A DNA stretch of 64,000 nucleotides from a candidate division FCPU426 bacterium (GTDB taxonomy: Bacteria > Oederibacteriota > PGYV01 > Palsa-1178), in contig CAWIXE010000001.1 of the NCBI GenBank assembly GCA_963840035.1, positions 32,001 to 96,000 on the forward strand, written 5' to 3'. Positions 60,199-64,000 of the stretch are shown in pieces. The stretch's first letter is position 1, and each line of letters begins with the position of its first letter. The notes below the pieces were generated by a model. That model was not told the DNA's origin. It saw only the letters and a list, made by a program, of their open reading frames with translations, and did not search any database. The translations under genes and the position numbers were made by a program.

Positions 60199-63100
60199 TT
60201 AATGAACCACCGCTATCTTCTGCGTCGATTTATAATAATCCGTCTCCACCGACACTATATACGTTCCGCTCACGACCTTCTGCCCTTTATCGTTTGTGCC
60301 GTCCCATATAACCTCGTGCTGCGTTCTGGCTGACACCGGCCCGTCAAAAAGCGTCTTTATGAGGGCCCCTGTCCTGCTATAAATTTTTACCGTCGCGTTG
60401 TCATTTTCATACGCGTTAAAGACTATCCTGCTGCGCTCGCCTTTTTCAGGGTTTATTACGCTCTTATATAGTGTCACATCTTTTTCAGATATGGTTTCCT
60501 TTGTGTAGGCGCCGCTGCTTGTTCCCGCGTTTCCGCAGGCGTCAGCCCCGGTTACGGCCACCCTGTCTATGTCGCCCCAGCCTGTCTGTTTTGAGTAAAG
60601 ATAGCGGAAAAACATTCCTGTAGTATCTCCAGGCACAGCAAAGGCAGTGCCGCTTAATACGGGTTTGTTGTCGGTATTGCCATGCGCGTATATTGTCAGC
60701 GATGGCGGTGTGACAAGCGGGTGAGTGCTGGTTATTTCCATTACCACATAATCCAGGTGTTCCGGGTTATAAACAAGGTGCACCGAGAACCCGGGGGTGG
60801 CAGATGTACATGGCTGCGTGGAAGTGGCTGTCGCGGTAGGCGTGGCCGGCTTTGTGGACGTCCTGGTGGGCGTCGCGGTAAACGTGGGAGTTGCCGATAC
60901 CGTATGTGTCAACGTGGCTGTAATTGTCTTCGTAGGCGTAAATGTAAAAGAAACCGCGCACGCGCATGTAAGCGACAGCGTCGGCGTTGGAGTCGATGTG
61001 CGGGTCTGTGTGGCTGAATTTGTCTGCGTCAGGGTCACAGTGGATGTGACAGACGGCGTGGCCGTATTTGTCGCTGTCATGGTCCGCGTCTGCGTTGCCG
61101 TCATTGTTGCGGTCGGCGATACCGTCTTAGATGGAGTGTATGTGAAAGTTGCCGTGGTTGTGGCGGTCACTGTGTGAGGCGGGCACAAATCCTCTATGTT
61201 CCAGAGTATCATGTCGTATTGTTTTGAAGGCACGTAGGAACGGCCTGAAGCTATGGCCCTGCATACAGTCAGGTTCAGTATTGATGTCCCCTCCTCGTCA
61301 TTGCCTGAATCGTAATACCTGCAGCCGCCAATGCCGAAAGTGGTATCAGCCGTCCCGTCAGGCAGGTATTTCCAAACGCATATGTCTTTATTTGCTCCGT
61401 TATGCCTTGTTCCACAGACCCATATGTTGCCCGAAGCGTCGCAAAACGCGTCTTTACCGCACGCGCCGCTCCCGCCTCCCGTGCTTGTGACAACGCCCGT
61501 CCCGTTGAAGGTGGTATCATAGGAGCCGTCGGCATTCATGACTATGACAATCATCTGCTGGCAGGTTAAATCACAGCCTGAACCGTCATCAACAGAGCCT
61601 GTTATGACAATCTTGCCGCCCACGGTTATCGCTATTTTCACGGGTATGCAGTTCTTGTGGTTTATTACGGTGCTGATATACTTTCTGCAGCATGTTCCGT
61701 CGCCTCCAAAAGTATTCACCGGGGTCCCGTCCTCGAGGTAGCACCAGGTGACTATGGCGCGGCATGTGCCGGAACAGCCCGGGTCATTAGAGGCGCTGTA
61801 GCCTGTCACGTATATTTTCCCTCCGCTGCACACTATGGAAGTGCCGCAGTCATCGCCGTTGCCGCCCGCCGCGTTATTCGATTTCACGCACCCGCCCGTG
61901 CCAAAGGAGGTATCCAGCGAACCGTCGTCATTGCATTTGATTATTATACTGTCATAATCCGTTCCGTTCCACGCCTTGCCCGTGCACACAATCTTCCCGC
62001 TTGAGTCAAAAGATATGCCGCAGCCGTATGATGGCCCGGTCCATGCCGCGTTCGCGTAAACTTTCCAGCCGCAGCCGTTAAATGTGGTGTCACATGAGCC
62101 GTCGGCATTGAACCTGTAAATGCACAGGTCAGAGCCTGCGCAGCCCGCCACAACTAATTTTCCGGAAGGGTCGCACTCCATTGTGATGTCATTGTTCCAC
62201 ACGTAATTAGTCATCGGCCCCGGGCACTTTATTTTTCCGTTTTCCCCGAATGTCAGGTCTATGGACCCGTCAGGCAGGTATTTGTAAATGTATATGACAT
62301 AGCATGTGCAGGTATCGTCCCAGATGATGTTCAGGGTGTAAATATTGCCTGAAGCGTCCTTGCATACTTTTTTTGAGGTATCGTCCCCGGGCCCACCTGT
62401 TATGACCGTGTCGTCAGGGAAAAATGACGACTGCGTCTGTGTTATGGTCGGGGTCAGGGTCATTGTCGCGGTTATTGTAGGCGAAAAAGTCGGGGACAGC
62501 GGCGCAGGTGTATTGACCGGCGGGCATGGGTCCAGCCCGTATATTTCAATATCATCCACCATGAAATCAGACACATATGTCTGTCCAAGATTTGGGTCCG
62601 GATTTCTTGACTGAAACGCTATCGCGTACAACTGGCTCAGGCACTGGGCTTTATTCCGCAGCGACCCATAAGTGAGATTCATCATGGAAAAGGGTATGCT
62701 AATCTTCACCCATGTGCCGGCGGGAGTCTGTGCCGGGCCTATAAGATAGCTAAAATAATCCATTGTCGTCGGGTCAGGATTCAAAGAATCCATTAACATG
62801 ACCTTGTATGTGCCGACCGTGTCTGTAATTCCCCTTTTTACCCGGAAACTTATACCGGACGCGCCGGATAAATCCCTTGAAGTTCCTGTAACATTTGTGA
62901 GCATGCATTCCATTCCGATCAATGGATATTTAAAATCCGCCGGCTGTGTTCCGCGTGTTACCGTGCCTGTGATGCCCGCGGCGTATCCCGTCCCGCCGTA
63001 ACCCGGAGCGCTCATTATGAATCCCGATGTCGGGGGCCATACATATGATATTCCATAATTCACCGGCGCGCTGTCGTCGTAAGAACGCCATGCGCCTCCA

Positions 63101-64000
63101 AGGTAATTTACGTCATCACCGTCATTGCAGTCGTCAATTAGGCACGTGGCTGCAATGGTCGGCGTCATGGTGGCGGTATATGTGCGCGTTACCGTGTTGG
63201 TGGCTGTGTTCACCGCGGTCGGCATGACCGGAGTCAGTGTCGGCGTCGGCACGATTGTCCCGCACCCCGTGAGCATAACAACACCATTTGAATCAGCTGT
63301 GATCCCGCCCGGAGTATTCGCTTTTATGGAAGCCACATTTGTAATGTTCACGCATGCGTTGACAATTCCCCACCACGTGAGCGAGCCTTCAACCGCTTCA
63401 GAGCTGTCCCCGAGGCTCCACTTTAAAACCGGCCCGGTTGATGACGGCGGCGTCATTGCTCCGGCATAAGTAATGCCTGCAGGCACAGTGTCATATACTT
63501 CAATCCCGGTAAAGGGCCTTGAGGTTGTCAGGATGAAATTATCAAATGAATTAGTCGCTGATATGTTCCTTTTGAAGAAAATTCCCGGCCGCCAGTCGCT
63601 GTAATTTCCGCCGTACATAAAATCAGGGTCAGCTGCGGCGCCTGTATCCGTCCATGTCATCCAATTATTCGGCTCAGGGTCCCCGCGCTTCCATACTTTT
63701 ACGTTAAATATGTAGTTGCCGGCCGAAGGCGCAATGACGGTCTTTGTCTTAAACCATTTGCCCCCGGTCAAACCCGCGGAATTTACCGTGTCCAGCGCGT
63801 ACCACGCAGGGGTTCCGTCAGATTTTTCTATGCTTATATACCCGGCGGGCGCGTTATCAATGGATAATGTCAGCGCGTAGTACCTCTTATTTGGCGCGGC
63901 CAGCCCGTTGCTTTTTATCAGGACAGATAAATCAGAAGATATGTCGCCGTTAGGGTTTATGAGAACGTCAGCTTCTACCATGGCTGAGTTTCGTATCTGC
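60199..64000 (-). CDS. large secreted protein (5' end outside window): DUF11-like, CBM11/CIA30-like, Cys-rich delta-60 propeller, Thr-rich linkers, FlgD-Ig C-terminus
   Basis: Frame open to the window edge; DTVPAG, DGS.D.TFG repeats, TxT linkers, WDGTNDKGQKVVSGTY. Confidence 0.8.
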   Translation of the reverse strand, partial: QIRNSAMVEADVLINPNGDISSDLSVLIKSNGLAAPNKRYYALTLSIDNAPAGYISIEKSDGTPAWYALDTVNSAGLTGGKWFKTKTVIAPSAGNYIFNVKVWKRGDPEPNNWMTWTDTGAAADPDFMYGGNYSDWRPGIFFKRNISATNSFDNFILTTSRPFTGIEVYDTVPAGITYAGAMTPPSSTGPVLKWSLGDSSEAVEGSLTWWGIVNACVNITNVASIKANTPGGITADSNGVVMLTGCGTIVPTPTLTPVMPTAVNTATNTVTRTYTATMTPTIAATCLIDDCNDGDDVNYLGGAWRSYDDSAPVNYGISYVWPPTSGFIMSAPGYGGTGYAAGITGTVTRGTQPADFKYPLIGMECMLTNVTGTSRDLSGASGISFRVKRGITDTVGTYKVMLMDSLNPDPTTMDYFSYLIGPAQTPAGTWVKISIPFSMMNLTYGSLRNKAQCLSQLYAIAFQSRNPDPNLGQTYVSDFMVDDIEIYGLDPCPPVNTPAPLSPTFSPTITATMTLTPTITQTQSSFFPDDTVITGGPGDDTSKKVCKDASGNIYTLNIIWDDTCTCYVIYIYKYLPDGSIDLTFGENGKIKCPGPMTNYVWNNDITMECDPSGKLVVAGCAGSDLCIYRFNADGSCDTTFNGCGWKVYANAAWTGPSYGCGISFDSSGKIVCTGKAWNGTDYDSIIIKCNDDGSLDTSFGTGGCVKSNNAAGGNGDDCGTSIVCSGGKIYVTGYSASNDPGCSGTCRAIVTWCYLEDGTPVNTFGGDGTCCRKYISTVINHKNCIPVKIAITVGGKIVITGSVDDGSGCDLTCQQMIVIVMNADGSYDTTFNGTGVVTSTGGGSGACGKDAFCDASGNIWVCGTRHNGANKDICVWKYLPDGTADTTFGIGGCRYYDSGNDEEGTSILNLTVCRAIASGRSYVPSKQYDMILWNIEDLCPPHTVTATTTATFTYTPSKTVSPTATMTATQTRTMTATNTATPSVTSTVTLTQTNSATQTRTSTPTPTLSLTCACAVSFTFTPTKTITATLTHTVSATPTFTATPTRTSTKPATPTATATSTQPCTSATPGFSVHLVYNPEHLDYVVMEITSTHPLVTPPSLTIYAHGNTDNKPVLSGTAFAVPGDTTGMFFRYLYSKQTGWGDIDRVAVTGADACGNAGTSSGAYTKETISEKDVTLYKSVINPEKGERSRIVFNAYENDNATVKIYSRTGALIKTLFDGPVSARTQHEVIWDGTNDKGQKVVSGTYIVSVETDYYKSTQKIAVVH

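Noticed and set aside
437..63469. Numerous plus-strand ORFs in the track (e.g. 36704-37747, 22154-22861, 33070-33786)
   Set aside because: Antisense shadows of well-supported minus-strand genes; only 59846-60136 has an RBS and its own space
1..64000. rRNA, tRNA, prophage, transposase or defence genes
   Set aside because: No such sequence recognised by eye; tRNAscan, Infernal and DefenseFinder were not run

Overview
Bacterial chromosomal segment, probably from an anaerobic diderm, with nearly every gene on the minus strand. The Thr-rich/FlgD-type surface protein hints at a Goldiibacteriota/FCPU426-like lineage (weak inference). From left to right: (1) an ArsR-TusA-MvhD-like-HdrA-HdrA-QmoC-like-DsrE sulfur/redox operon; (2) a trehalose operon (membrane/HAMP-fused OtsA, OtsB, DUF5752, TreT, frameshifted DUF1646) behind a candidate Na+-I (DUF1646-motif) riboswitch; (3) a partly decayed carbon/stress island (type IIIA H+-ATPase, orphan ABC permeases, xfp, pgm, tal, PRC-barrel); (4) an ArsR-led thiol/redox cluster; (5) a ~14 kb duplicated extracytosolic flavinylation locus (ApbE, 2 FMN-binding proteins, 2 porins, 2 unknown His-motif membrane proteins, 2 EetA-like proteins, 2 EetB-EcfT fusions, 2 Rrf2 regulators, 2 MCPs) resembling a diderm version of Listeria flavin-based extracellular electron transfer; (6) a candidate sRNA with four tandem terminators; (7) STAS/HD-GYP signalling genes and iscR-iscS-nadA-iscU-mnmA; (8) the 3' part of a large secreted protein. 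Intergenic DNA carries REPs, MITEs and heptamer-repeat hairpins. All family calls come from motif recognition by eye; no searches were run.
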